Shown piece after piece: positions 28,473 through 37,982 of a stretch of DNA of 64,000 nt; the first letter of the stretch is position 1; the number at the start of each line of letters is the position of its first letter. The stretch covers positions 1 to 64,000 of the IMG/VR virus record IMGVR_UViG_3300028379_000400. The stretch is one strand, 5' to 3'. The position numbers and the translations under genes were made by a program. Below the pieces are notes generated by a model that was not told the DNA's origin, did not search any database, and saw only the letters and a list, made by a program, of their open reading frames with translations. The DNA is from a virus (lineage: Duplodnaviria > Heunggongvirae > Uroviricota > Caudoviricetes).

Positions 28473-29026
28473 CCCCGCACTGGACGGACAAATATACCCG
28501 ATCCCAGCTTGTTGCCGTCGTCCGTGTGATGGCGCGCGATGGAAAGTCGGCGAGCCAAATCGCCAAAGAAATAGGTCTCGGGGTCACCAAAAATATCATC
28601 ATCGGGCTCGTGAACACTTCGCGACCGCGGATCCAATTGCAGGGGCGCGGCGGCGCTGTCGACAAGGATGGCATGCCGCGTCCGAAGAAAGAGCCTTCAC
28701 CCGGGAAGACCGCGCCCAACAAGGTGCCTCGGGTTGCCGGCAAGCCGCTCAGCTTCATTATCCTGGACGAGGTCGCAACCTTCGACGCCGATCCCTCGCT
28801 GCACATCAGCGAGCTCGAACCCAAGGACGGGCGCTGCAGGTTTCCGCTGTGGCCGGATCGGATTGGAAACCTCGATCGGTCGCCGAAGCAATACGAGCTT
28901 CGATATTGCGGCAGGCCGACGATCGGCGACTCGAGCTGGTGCCCTGACTGTCGCAAGAAGGTCTACGCCGACCCGCTGCCACGCCCGGGGATGAATCTTT
29001 CTCAGTTCCGGTGGCGGCGTGGGTGA
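28469..29026 (+). CDS. gcrA: GcrA-like cell-cycle regulator homologue
   Basis: N-terminal WTDKYTRSQLVAVVRVMARDGKSASQIAKEIGLGVTKNIIIGLVN and C-terminal CRFPLWPD...YCGRPTIGDSSWCPDCRKKVY match GcrA termini. Confidence 0.7.
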   Translation: MTPHWTDKYTRSQLVAVVRVMARDGKSASQIAKEIGLGVTKNIIIGLVNTSRPRIQLQGRGGAVDKDGMPRPKKEPSPGKTAPNKVPRVAGKPLSFIILDEVATFDADPSLHISELEPKDGRCRFPLWPDRIGNLDRSPKQYELRYCGRPTIGDSSWCPDCRKKVYADPLPRPGMNLSQFRWRRG

Positions 29027-29441
29027 CGACAAGCATGCGCAAATTGCCAGCCTCACCACAGACCAAGTCATCGACGCCGTCCATTCGCTGCTGGACGAAG
29101 TCCGGCGTCTCACTATCGACCTCGGCTGGCCCGGCGTCTCTCTGGAGATGGCGCGCGAGAAGGCAAGAGCGTTCGCCGTCGCGCGCCGACACCTCGGATC
29201 AATGGTGGCCTGGCGCGAGGGGAAAAAGGGCGAAGCCCAGCTCGCAAGACTCGAGGCGCTGTTCGACCGTGTCGTCAAAAGCTCCGTCGTCGATGAGGCG
29301 AAGAACACGGTGACCTTCATCTTCTCTGCCGACGACGTGCCGCTGCTGCGGCGAGCCATGTTCGCCCTGATCGAATTCCAAATCATCAAGACCGCAGACG
29401 CCGAACGAGCCGGTCGCGGCAAATACAAGGGTAAGCGCTAA
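29019..29441 (+). CDS. hypothetical protein (140 aa)
   Basis: GTG start overlapping upstream stop. Confidence 0.4.
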   Translation: MGDDKHAQIASLTTDQVIDAVHSLLDEVRRLTIDLGWPGVSLEMAREKARAFAVARRHLGSMVAWREGKKGEAQLARLEALFDRVVKSSVVDEAKNTVTFIFSADDVPLLRRAMFALIEFQIIKTADAERAGRGKYKGKR

Positions 29442-31780
29442 TGACTGTCCATGCCCCGGAGACATTCCGCGAATTCGCAGCCGTTCGAGGTTTCGATCTC
29501 GACCACGAGCTGGTCGTCGATTGCTTCGCCGGCGGCGGCGGCGCCAGCGAGGGCATGGAAGACGCGATCCGGCGCCTGAAGGTGCTCGGCATCCTGCCGC
29601 TGAGCCGGCGCGCCAATGTCGACATCGCGATCAACCACGACGACAAGGCGATCGCCATGCACCTGGCGAACCACCCCAATACCATGCACGTCACCGCCGA
29701 TATCTGGACCGTCGACCCGCTGTCGGTCACAGGCGGGCTGCAGGTCGGCGCTGTGTGGGCATCGCCGGATTGTCGGCACCATTCCAAGGCCAAGGGCGGA
29801 CGGCCCGTGAGCGAGTCCGTGCGCGATCTGGCATGGGTCGTTGCCCATTGGTGCGAGCAGGTCCATCCGCGCGAAGTCTACCTCGAGAACGTCGAAGAGT
29901 TTCGGGACTGGGGCCCGCTGGTTTCCGATGGCGCCGGCGGCATGCGACCGAACAAGCTGCAGAAGGGCGCCACATTCAAGCGCTGGGTCCGCAAATTCAA
30001 GGCAATGGGCTATCGCGTCGAATGGCAGGAGCGGCGCGCGAACCTCTGGGGCGTGCCGACAATCCGGAAGCGCCTCTACATCATGATGCGCAATGACGGC
30101 GAACCGATCGTCTGGCCGCCTGAAACGCACGCCGACCCGAAGTCTGAGGAAGTAGCGCGCGGCGAAAAGCAGGCGTGGCCGATTGCCGCCGACATCATCG
30201 ATTGGGATCGGCCGTGCCCATCGATCTTCCTGACGAAAGCCGATGCTCGGGAGCTGCGGCGGTCTGCTGGCATCTCGATCATCCGTCCGCTGGCTGACAA
30301 TACCCACGCCCGGATCGCGAAGGGGATCAAGCGCTATGTCCTCGATCGCGCTTCGCCGTTTATCGTGACTTGCAATCACGCCGGCGAATTTCGCGGCCAG
30401 TCGATCGACGCCTCGTTCAACACCGTTGCGGCGGCGCGCGATGCCCACGGCGTCGTGATCCCGAGCTTGATTAGCGTCAACCATGGAGACAGCGGCGGCC
30501 GGCGCGAATATGGGGTCGATGAGAGCTTTGGCACCGTCGAGACGGCGCCGAGCAAAGGGCTAATCGAGGCCCACATCGCGCCGAGCATTGTCGGCGTCGG
30601 CGGCCGAATGGGGCAATCGGGGCCGCGCTCCGTCGAAGCTCCTTGGCACACCGCGACAACAAAACCCGACAGCGCGATCGTCGCGCCGTACCTCGTTCCT
30701 CGCTATGGCGAGCGTGACGGCCAGGAGCCACGCACGCTGCCGATCGACGGATCGACGCCGACAATTGTCCCTACTGGTAATGGCGCCGGGATTGCCGCAG
30801 CGGAGCTGGCCCCGTTCATTACACATGGCCAGCATGGCGGCCGCTCGCGCGGCGCCGACGAACCGCATCACACAGTCGAAGCGTCGACCAAAGACACCAA
30901 TCAGGTCGCCGCGGTCTACCTGGCGCAGCACAACGAGAATCGCATTGGCGTTCCGGCCGATGGCTCCATGCCGGCGGTAACGACGCGAGGGACGCAAACA
31001 CAGCAAGTCGCGGCCTTCTTGGCCCAGAACAACACGGACATGGTCGGCCACGATCTCCGGGAGTCGACTTCCACGATCGTCGGCAAGGGGTCGACGCAAT
31101 CTTTCGTCGCCGCTTCGGTCATCGAGATGCATGGCAAATCCGGCGCGCGGCCAGTTGATGCCCCGGCGTCATCGCCAACGACGAAGAGCACGCCTGGCTT
31201 CGCTGCTGCGCACATGATCTCGTTGAAGGGGAGCGATCGCCGAGCCTATGGCGCCGACCGGCCCGTTGAGGCAATCACTGCGGATGGTCAGCATGCGGGC
31301 GTCGTGACGCTGCCCCTGATGACCGCCTACTACGGCTCCGATGAAGTCGGTGGCGCCGAAGATGCTCCGGTTCGCAGCGTAACCTCAAAGGCTCGCTTCG
31401 GGCACATCGAAGCCACTGCGGCCGCGCCGCCGCTTACCGACAGCCAGTTGGCCCGCGCCCGCCAGGTCGCAGATTTCCTGCGCGCCTATGGGTGCTGGGA
31501 CGACCGCGAATTCGTGACCGTCGGCCAATGGGTAGTCATTGATATCGGCATGCGGATGTTGACGCCGCGCGAGCTCGCCAGGGCCCAAGGCTTCAGCGAC
31601 AGCTATGTGCTGGCCGCGCCGTACAACGGCAAGACGCTGACGGAGACCGATCAGCGGCACAAGATAGGCAACTCAGTGTGTCCCGCGATGGCGGCATCCC
31701 TGTTCATGGCCAACTACAGGCCGAAGCCCCGGGCCGCGAATTCGCCCGATCAGGGCTGGCTGCTGCAGAAGGCGGCCTGA
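29441..31780 (+). CDS. DNA (cytosine-5)-methyltransferase with expanded repeat-containing variable region
   Basis: motif I DCFAGGGGASEG, motif IV SPDCRHHSKA, motif VI LENV, motif X IGNSVCP; about 10 tandem 30-38 aa units between motifs VIII and IX. Confidence 0.8.
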   Translation: MTVHAPETFREFAAVRGFDLDHELVVDCFAGGGGASEGMEDAIRRLKVLGILPLSRRANVDIAINHDDKAIAMHLANHPNTMHVTADIWTVDPLSVTGGLQVGAVWASPDCRHHSKAKGGRPVSESVRDLAWVVAHWCEQVHPREVYLENVEEFRDWGPLVSDGAGGMRPNKLQKGATFKRWVRKFKAMGYRVEWQERRANLWGVPTIRKRLYIMMRNDGEPIVWPPETHADPKSEEVARGEKQAWPIAADIIDWDRPCPSIFLTKADARELRRSAGISIIRPLADNTHARIAKGIKRYVLDRASPFIVTCNHAGEFRGQSIDASFNTVAAARDAHGVVIPSLISVNHGDSGGRREYGVDESFGTVETAPSKGLIEAHIAPSIVGVGGRMGQSGPRSVEAPWHTATTKPDSAIVAPYLVPRYGERDGQEPRTLPIDGSTPTIVPTGNGAGIAAAELAPFITHGQHGGRSRGADEPHHTVEASTKDTNQVAAVYLAQHNENRIGVPADGSMPAVTTRGTQTQQVAAFLAQNNTDMVGHDLRESTSTIVGKGSTQSFVAASVIEMHGKSGARPVDAPASSPTTKSTPGFAAAHMISLKGSDRRAYGADRPVEAITADGQHAGVVTLPLMTAYYGSDEVGGAEDAPVRSVTSKARFGHIEATAAAPPLTDSQLARARQVADFLRAYGCWDDREFVTVGQWVVIDIGMRMLTPRELARAQGFSDSYVLAAPYNGKTLTETDQRHKIGNSVCPAMAASLFMANYRPKPRAANSPDQGWLLQKAA

Positions 31781-32124
31781 TGCACCAAGCGATATTCGCC
31801 GCACTGCGGCAACACCGCTTCTCGTTGCACGATGAGAAGGCGATGCAAGCCGAGATGTTTAGCGTCCTCGTCGCCGCCGGGTTTGAGGCGGAACGAGAGG
31901 TTGTGCTCAGCGACGCCGATCGCATCGACATTTTGGTCGGGACTGTCGGCATCGAATGCAAGATCAAAGGCCAGCGTCGCGCCATCTATCATCAGGTCGA
32001 GCGCTATGCCCGGCATGATCGCATCTCAGCGCTGATACTTGCCACCAACGTTGCTATGGGCATGCCGCCCCAGCTTAGCGGCAAGCCGGTTCTCGTTCTC
32101 AATCTCGCGAGGGCGTGGCTCTGA
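31780..32124 (+). CDS. PD-(D/E)XK nuclease-fold protein (VRR-NUC/Vsr-like?)
   Basis: DADRIDILVGTVGIECKIK = D-x(n)-E-x-K; immediately downstream of C5-MTase. Confidence 0.35.
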   Translation: MHQAIFAALRQHRFSLHDEKAMQAEMFSVLVAAGFEAEREVVLSDADRIDILVGTVGIECKIKGQRRAIYHQVERYARHDRISALILATNVAMGMPPQLSGKPVLVLNLARAWL

Positions 32125-33776
32125 CCAAGCAGCTCTACGGCAGACTCGAGGCGAAGGGTAATCGGTGGGTAATCACCGATCTGCCGCCGCATGTGGCCAT
32201 CCGCCTCAAGAATATGTTCGCTCGCATCGACAAGACGCAGACCAGCGTCTTCAGCATGCCGCGCACCGACCAGATGTCCGCCGATCTCGATTGGTTCATG
32301 TCGCGATATCCGATGGAGATGACTGAGCACGATCGCAAATTGCTCATAGGCGGCCGGCTGAAATTCGAGGCTGATCGTGACGCGGCAGAAGCGATCATGC
32401 TGCCCACTTTCCAGCCCGGCCTTCTTCATGGTTTCCGCCCTGGCTATGCGCCGCGGCATACGCAAAGCCAGGCGATCGAGCTGTGGCATCGCAAGAAGCG
32501 GCTGCTTGTCGGCGACGACGTCGGCCTAGGCAAGACGTGGATTGCCCTGGGAGGCCTCGTCGGATCGCCGTTCTTGCCGGCGGCCATCGTGGTTGAGGCG
32601 CATCTACCCAGTCAGTGGCGTGACGAATTCATCACGCCATACACCTACATGCAGTCGCACATCATCGCAGGTACGCGCCCCTATAACCTGCCACCGGCCA
32701 ACCTCTACATCTTCAAGTATTCGAACATCGCAGGATGGGTTGATCTCGCGGCGGAGGGCGCATTTCCGTCCGTTGTCTTCGACGAAATCCAACAGGGCAG
32801 GACCGGGGAAGCGTCGGAGAAGGGGCGCGCGATGCGCGTCTTTGCCAACAACGCCGAGATGAGCCTCGGCCTATCGGCCACGCCCATCTTCAACTATGGC
32901 TCAGAAATCTGGAACATCATGCAATACATCGACCCCGATCTATTGGGGCCGTGGGACGAATTCGTCCGTGAATGGTGCAGGATGGGGCCGGGCGGGAAGT
33001 GGCTCGTCACCAATCCTTCGGCTCTCGGTGCATACCTGCGCGAGTCGCAAGTGTTCATTCGTCGCCTGCGTGAAGGTCGACCGATCAACCGCATCGTCAT
33101 CGATGTCGACTTCGACCACGACGAGGCTGCCAAGTCAGAAGATTTGGCGAAGACGCTGGCCAGCCGCGTCCTGTCGGGCACGTTCGGCGAAAGTGGCGAC
33201 GCGGCGCGCAAACTCGACGCTCTCGCCCGACAGGTAACCGGCGTGGCGAAGGCTCGCAGCGTCGCCGCTTATGTTCGCATCCTCCTCAAATCCGGCGAGC
33301 CCGTCATTCTGGCCGGCTGGCACCGTGAAGTCTATTCGATCTGGCTTGAGGCGCTGAAGGATTTCAATCCCAAGCTCTACACCGGCTCTGAATCGCCGAA
33401 GCAGAAGGACGCCACGAAGCGCGCGTTCATCGAAGGCGAGACGGATCTCCTGATCATCTCGCTTCGATCTGGCGCCGGCCTAGATGGCCTGCAGAAGCGC
33501 TGCAAAACCGTGGTTATCGGTGAGCTCGACTGGTCTCCCCAGATTTACGAGCAGCTCTTCGGCCGCGTCGATCGTCCAGGCCAGAAGGCGAATGAAATCA
33601 CTGCCATTTTCTGCGTCGCCGACTCCGGTTCCGATCCCGTCGTGACCTCGGTCAACGCAGTGAAGAAGGACCAAGCGCGGGGCATCATCGATCCCGATGC
33701 CGACCTCGAGGTCACCTATTCCGACATCTCTCAGATCAAGCTGCTCGCACAGAGCTATTTGGAGCACGCCGCATGA
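32115..33776 (+). CDS. SNF2-family helicase
   Basis: DDVGLGKT, VFDEIQ, LSATP, SLRSGAGLDGLQ motifs. Confidence 0.8.
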   Translation: MALTKQLYGRLEAKGNRWVITDLPPHVAIRLKNMFARIDKTQTSVFSMPRTDQMSADLDWFMSRYPMEMTEHDRKLLIGGRLKFEADRDAAEAIMLPTFQPGLLHGFRPGYAPRHTQSQAIELWHRKKRLLVGDDVGLGKTWIALGGLVGSPFLPAAIVVEAHLPSQWRDEFITPYTYMQSHIIAGTRPYNLPPANLYIFKYSNIAGWVDLAAEGAFPSVVFDEIQQGRTGEASEKGRAMRVFANNAEMSLGLSATPIFNYGSEIWNIMQYIDPDLLGPWDEFVREWCRMGPGGKWLVTNPSALGAYLRESQVFIRRLREGRPINRIVIDVDFDHDEAAKSEDLAKTLASRVLSGTFGESGDAARKLDALARQVTGVAKARSVAAYVRILLKSGEPVILAGWHREVYSIWLEALKDFNPKLYTGSESPKQKDATKRAFIEGETDLLIISLRSGAGLDGLQKRCKTVVIGELDWSPQIYEQLFGRVDRPGQKANEITAIFCVADSGSDPVVTSVNAVKKDQARGIIDPDADLEVTYSDISQIKLLAQSYLEHAA

Positions 33777-34114
33777 CCGCACACACCAATCCCCTGCTCG
33801 ACGTCATTTTCGCTGCCGGCGGCTACGCCAAGTTCGCAAAGGCGATGGGCACAACCACAAACTCTGCTGTTCTCCAGGCGATCGCCGCCGGCAAGCGTAT
33901 CCCCAGTGAACGGCTTCGCGCTGCCATTGTGAAAGCGTCGAAGGGCAAGCTCACCGAGCAGGATGTCATCGCCCTCAGCGGCCGTGCCGAATACGAGCGC
34001 AAATACTCCGAAGTCGACTCGCATTGGGACCTGCCAGAGGACGAGCGCCGGCAGTGGATTGCCGAGAAGGCGGCGCAGGGTGCGGCCGCTACGCTTCGCG
34101 GCAAGCTCAAATGA
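33773..34114 (+). CDS. Cro/YdaS-like HTH protein
   Basis: GYAKFAKAMGTTTNSAVLQAIAAGKRIP helix-turn-helix. Confidence 0.4.
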   Translation: MTAHTNPLLDVIFAAGGYAKFAKAMGTTTNSAVLQAIAAGKRIPSERLRAAIVKASKGKLTEQDVIALSGRAEYERKYSEVDSHWDLPEDERRQWIAEKAAQGAAATLRGKLK

Positions 34115-35259
34115 GCCAATACCAGGACGATGCCCGCGAACTGGCCGACCGGATCAACGAGGACATCGAAGGCGTCATCTCGAAATACTGGCCGAGCTGG
34201 ATCCGCGGCATGCAGCGGGGCAAGCCCGTCGCCTACTTGACCCCGCGGGTCAAAGAGAAGGGCAAGAAGCCGACGTCCAGCTTCGTTGTCCATCTCGACG
34301 GCGCCGATCGGGGCAAATGGTATCGGTTCTCGCAGCGCGTGGGCGGCTATGGCCTTCAGCTACTGTTCTACGCCGAGACGACGCGCCTTGCCGATGGCAA
34401 GGAAGACTGGGCCAAAGCCTATCGGCTGGCGCGCGAGTATCTCGGCATTCGTCCGGCTCAGGAAACTTCGGAAGAGGACCGTGCCGAGCGAGAGCGCCGG
34501 CATGCTGAGGAAGACGTTGCGCGCGAACAACGTCGAGTCCAGCAAGCCGCTGAGGCGGCAGAGCATCGCGAGGAGCGTGTCGCCAGCGCGCAAGAGATAT
34601 GGGCGGTCAGCAAGCCGCTGAAGGGAAGCCACGGCGATGCGTATTTGCAGGCGCGCGGGCTGCCTCCGGTATCGGAATGGCCGTGGGATCCTGCTGAGAC
34701 GATCCGCTTTCATCCACGACTGACCTACGAGCTTGATCGAAGCGCAGGGGCGTTCCCGGCCATCGTGGCCCGCGTTCAGGACTGCTTCGGTGAGACGATA
34801 GCGGTTTGGCAGATCTATCTGCACCACAAGCTTGCCGAGAAAGCGCCAGTCGATAACCCCAAGGTCGGCCGCGGCCCTGCCGCTGGCGGTGCTGTGAGGA
34901 TTGGCGGCGATGGCCCTAAGATTGGCGGCGGCGAGGGGCTTGAGACTAGCCTCGCCGCATGGGTGCTGGAGGGCTACCGCTACCCGGTATGGTCGCTGCT
35001 CTCGACATCGGGCGTCGCTAGCTTTGAGCCGCCAGCGTTCGTTCAGCGCTTCAATGGCTTTCCAGATGGCGATCTTGGCATCCTAAACCGCGACCGCGAT
35101 CAGATTTTCGATCCGCCCGGCATCCGCGCGATGCGCACGCTGCAGGAACGACTGGTGCCGATGGGCATCCCTTCAATGATTTCCGAGATGTGCATTCACG
35201 GCGATGCGCTCAACCTGCTTTTGACCATGAGAGAACATGAAGAACGCATCGACCCTTGA
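34111..35259 (+). CDS. Toprim-domain protein, putative DNA primase
   Basis: GEGLETSLA (Toprim Glu) and FPDGDLGILNRD (DxD); directly upstream of DnaB. Confidence 0.5.
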   Translation: MSQYQDDARELADRINEDIEGVISKYWPSWIRGMQRGKPVAYLTPRVKEKGKKPTSSFVVHLDGADRGKWYRFSQRVGGYGLQLLFYAETTRLADGKEDWAKAYRLAREYLGIRPAQETSEEDRAERERRHAEEDVAREQRRVQQAAEAAEHREERVASAQEIWAVSKPLKGSHGDAYLQARGLPPVSEWPWDPAETIRFHPRLTYELDRSAGAFPAIVARVQDCFGETIAVWQIYLHHKLAEKAPVDNPKVGRGPAAGGAVRIGGDGPKIGGGEGLETSLAAWVLEGYRYPVWSLLSTSGVASFEPPAFVQRFNGFPDGDLGILNRDRDQIFDPPGIRAMRTLQERLVPMGIPSMISEMCIHGDALNLLLTMREHEERIDP

Positions 35260-36601
35260 GAATATCGCGGAAGAGCAGGTGGTGCTGGGCCGACTGCTGC
35301 ATAGCGAGAGCGCATTCTGGCATGTTGCCGAGCTGCTGAGGCCGGAGCATTTCGCCCGGAAGATTCACCAAGAAATCTATGCCGCTATCCGGGACCTGCT
35401 GAAGGACGGCAAGAAACTGTCGCTCGTCGCCCTCAAAAGCCGCCTCGGCGATGAGTATGACGACGGCAAGTCTACGATGACGCTGCTGACGGCGTTGCTG
35501 AGGGATGCTGCTGACGGCGATCTGGAGGGTGTCGAGACGCTCGTCGACCTTTGGAAGCGGCGCGCCCATCTCGCCGAACTGACGCGGGCGATGAAGGCCG
35601 CAGAAGATCCAAACGCTCACGTCGACGATCTGATCGCAGAGCATGAGTCCCAGCTCGAGGATATCCATCTCAACGGGCAAACCGTGCCGATGCGAACGAT
35701 CGGGCAAGCGGCGGCAGAAGTGATGAGCTTCTCTGTCAAAGCCAACAGCACCGGCGTGAGTTCTGGCTTCGATACCGGGCTCGGGACGCTGGATTTCCTC
35801 CTCGGCAAGATCAATCGAACCGACCTCGGTGTCATCGGCGCCGCACGTGGCGACGCCAAGACGATTCTTGCAGCCCAGCTTGCGCAGCACCAGCAGGCCT
35901 ACGGCCCGACTGCGCTATTCGAACTGGAAATGCAGGACCTCGCTCTCGCGACGCGAGCCTTGGCCGCGCGCTCCAGCAAATCCGTTTCGGCGATTGAGGC
36001 TGGCGAGTTCGATCCATTCGAGATGGAGGAACTACTGGCGGCAAAGGAAGCTCTGTCCGGGTCTCGTTTCTACATCGACGATCGGCCGAAATTATCGATC
36101 GAGCAAATATGGGATCGCTGCAAAGTCATGAAGCGCTCGAAAGGTTTGTCGGTCGCCTTCATCGATCACTTCCGCCTCATCAGAACGAATGTGCGATTCA
36201 AAGATAAATTTGAACGCATGGAACACGTGTCCGGCGAGCTCAAAGCAATGGCGAAGGACTTGGAAATCGCCGTTGTCGTTCTATCTCAGGTTACACGCAT
36301 GTCGCAGCGCCGCGAAAGTAACCCGGCGCCGCAGCTCAACGACCTGGATGGTGGCGGCGCGCTGGAACAAGACGCCGATTGGGCAATCACGCTGTTCAGA
36401 CGAGACCGCTGGCTGAAGGCCCAGCATCCATACTTCTCCGACCCGGAGAGCCAAGAGGCAAGGGACTTCGCAGAGAAGCTTCGTCCCCACCGCGACAAAA
36501 TCGAGATCACCTGCGTCAAGCGCCGCCGCGGCGTTGACGGAGAGATGCGCCAGTTCGATTTCGACGGCCGCGCCGGTCTCATTCGCGAAACTGAGAGGTA
36601 G
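35237..36601 (+). CDS. dnaB: replicative DNA helicase DnaB family
   Basis: DnaB N-terminal domain NIAEEQVVLGRLL..., RecA-like C-terminal domain. Confidence 0.8.
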   Translation: MKNASTLENIAEEQVVLGRLLHSESAFWHVAELLRPEHFARKIHQEIYAAIRDLLKDGKKLSLVALKSRLGDEYDDGKSTMTLLTALLRDAADGDLEGVETLVDLWKRRAHLAELTRAMKAAEDPNAHVDDLIAEHESQLEDIHLNGQTVPMRTIGQAAAEVMSFSVKANSTGVSSGFDTGLGTLDFLLGKINRTDLGVIGAARGDAKTILAAQLAQHQQAYGPTALFELEMQDLALATRALAARSSKSVSAIEAGEFDPFEMEELLAAKEALSGSRFYIDDRPKLSIEQIWDRCKVMKRSKGLSVAFIDHFRLIRTNVRFKDKFERMEHVSGELKAMAKDLEIAVVVLSQVTRMSQRRESNPAPQLNDLDGGGALEQDADWAITLFRRDRWLKAQHPYFSDPESQEARDFAEKLRPHRDKIEITCVKRRRGVDGEMRQFDFDGRAGLIRETER

Positions 36602-36603
36602 GC

Positions 36604-37764
36604 ATGAACGAGATCGTTTTGCCCCCGCCGATGATCCACGACGCCCGTACCTTCGTAGTCGCCGTGCTGTGGCTGCATGGTCGCGGCACAGGTGAGATCG
36701 CCAAGGTGGTTACGTGGACGCCGGGCCAGGTCCGTGGCTTCGTGCATAGGGCGTTCAAGACGCCTCGCGCGTCCCAGACGACTGCAGAGCGCCAGGCCGG
36801 CCTCGACGAGTTGAGAGCGGTCCGCATGGATGGCGGCAGGCTGAAGGACGAACACTTCATCGCAATCGAACTGGTCGGCAAGCCGCCGGGTGAGCCGACG
36901 CCGATCACGCGCCTGAAGCGCTCCTGGGCAGCAGGGATGACGATCGCCCATGGCATCGAGGACAGCAATCGGCAGGCAGTCGCGATCGCGGCGGTAAATG
37001 CTGACCATCGTGAGAAATTTCAAGCGATGCTTCGGCAGCAGCGGAAGCTGAAGGACAAGGAGCCGCTCGTCCTAACCAAAGAGGACAGGCGCGATCTCAG
37101 AGATATCGAGGCCGACGTTGGGCGCCGACTGCGCGATGAACTGCGCCGCAAGGCAATCGAGAGCAACGGCCTTGCGACACGGCGGGGCGCGCTGTTGTCC
37201 GCTCAACACGAAGCCCAAAGCTCGGCGCTCGACTTCCTGTTCCACAAGCGCTTGCTGCGCGATGGGAAACTGGTCGCCGGTGCGGATAGGAGCAAAACGT
37301 CAGAAGAGCAGCGTCGACTCGAGGCTGGCATGCGGTTGCGCGCCTATCTCGAGGGCAGCAGGCTCGGTGGACTCGGCGCTATCGACTACGAGCGCGCGAC
37401 CATGGGCAGCGGCGGCGGCCCGGCGATCGCGCTGTCAGCCTACAAGCTGCAATGCGCTCATAGCGTCGGCGCGATCCGAAAACTTATCGCCGATGCTGAG
37501 TATTCCATCCTCGAGGCCGTCGTCGATCAGGATGTCTTCCTCTGGGAGCGCGAACGGCCGAATTCGAAACAACGCGAGACCATCTACCGGGTCATCCGAT
37601 ACGGGCTCGATATCGTCGGCGTGTTCGAGGGCATCATGCTGCCCGCCGAATTCAAGCTGCGCTGGGATGAGGAGCTTCCGAAGATCCAATGGCCTGATCA
37701 CGGCGACCTGGCCCGCCGATCCGAAGAGATGGCCGAACTGGTCAAACACGCGAGGCGCGCATGA
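36604..37764 (+). CDS. hypothetical protein (386 aa)
   Basis: ORF in replication operon. Confidence 0.45.
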   Translation: MNEIVLPPPMIHDARTFVVAVLWLHGRGTGEIAKVVTWTPGQVRGFVHRAFKTPRASQTTAERQAGLDELRAVRMDGGRLKDEHFIAIELVGKPPGEPTPITRLKRSWAAGMTIAHGIEDSNRQAVAIAAVNADHREKFQAMLRQQRKLKDKEPLVLTKEDRRDLRDIEADVGRRLRDELRRKAIESNGLATRRGALLSAQHEAQSSALDFLFHKRLLRDGKLVAGADRSKTSEEQRRLEAGMRLRAYLEGSRLGGLGAIDYERATMGSGGGPAIALSAYKLQCAHSVGAIRKLIADAEYSILEAVVDQDVFLWERERPNSKQRETIYRVIRYGLDIVGVFEGIMLPAEFKLRWDEELPKIQWPDHGDLARRSEEMAELVKHARRA

Positions 37765-37982
37765 GCGACGATGAGATTATCAGCGCCACCGGCATTGATA
37801 TTTACATCTGCGACGAGGACCATGTGCACCTCGACCTTCTCGACGAAGACGAGCTCGAAATTGCCGGCGCCGCGATGACGCCCGACGTCGCGCTAGCTCT
37901 CTTTGAGAAAGCGGCCGCAGACATACGCCAGTTCATGGCACAACAGGTCGACACCATCGGCCCAACGATGGGAAACGCGTAG
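37761..37982 (+). CDS. acidic hypothetical protein (73 aa)
   Basis: ATGA coupling. Confidence 0.4.
   Translation: MSDDEIISATGIDIYICDEDHVHLDLLDEDELEIAGAAMTPDVALALFEKAAADIRQFMAQQVDTIGPTMGNA

Noticed and set aside
29521-30096. 191-aa alternative-frame ORF inside the C5-MTase gene
   Set aside because: Same strand, different frame. The in-frame MTase reading shows the conserved motifs I, IV, VI and X while this one is Arg/Pro-rich.
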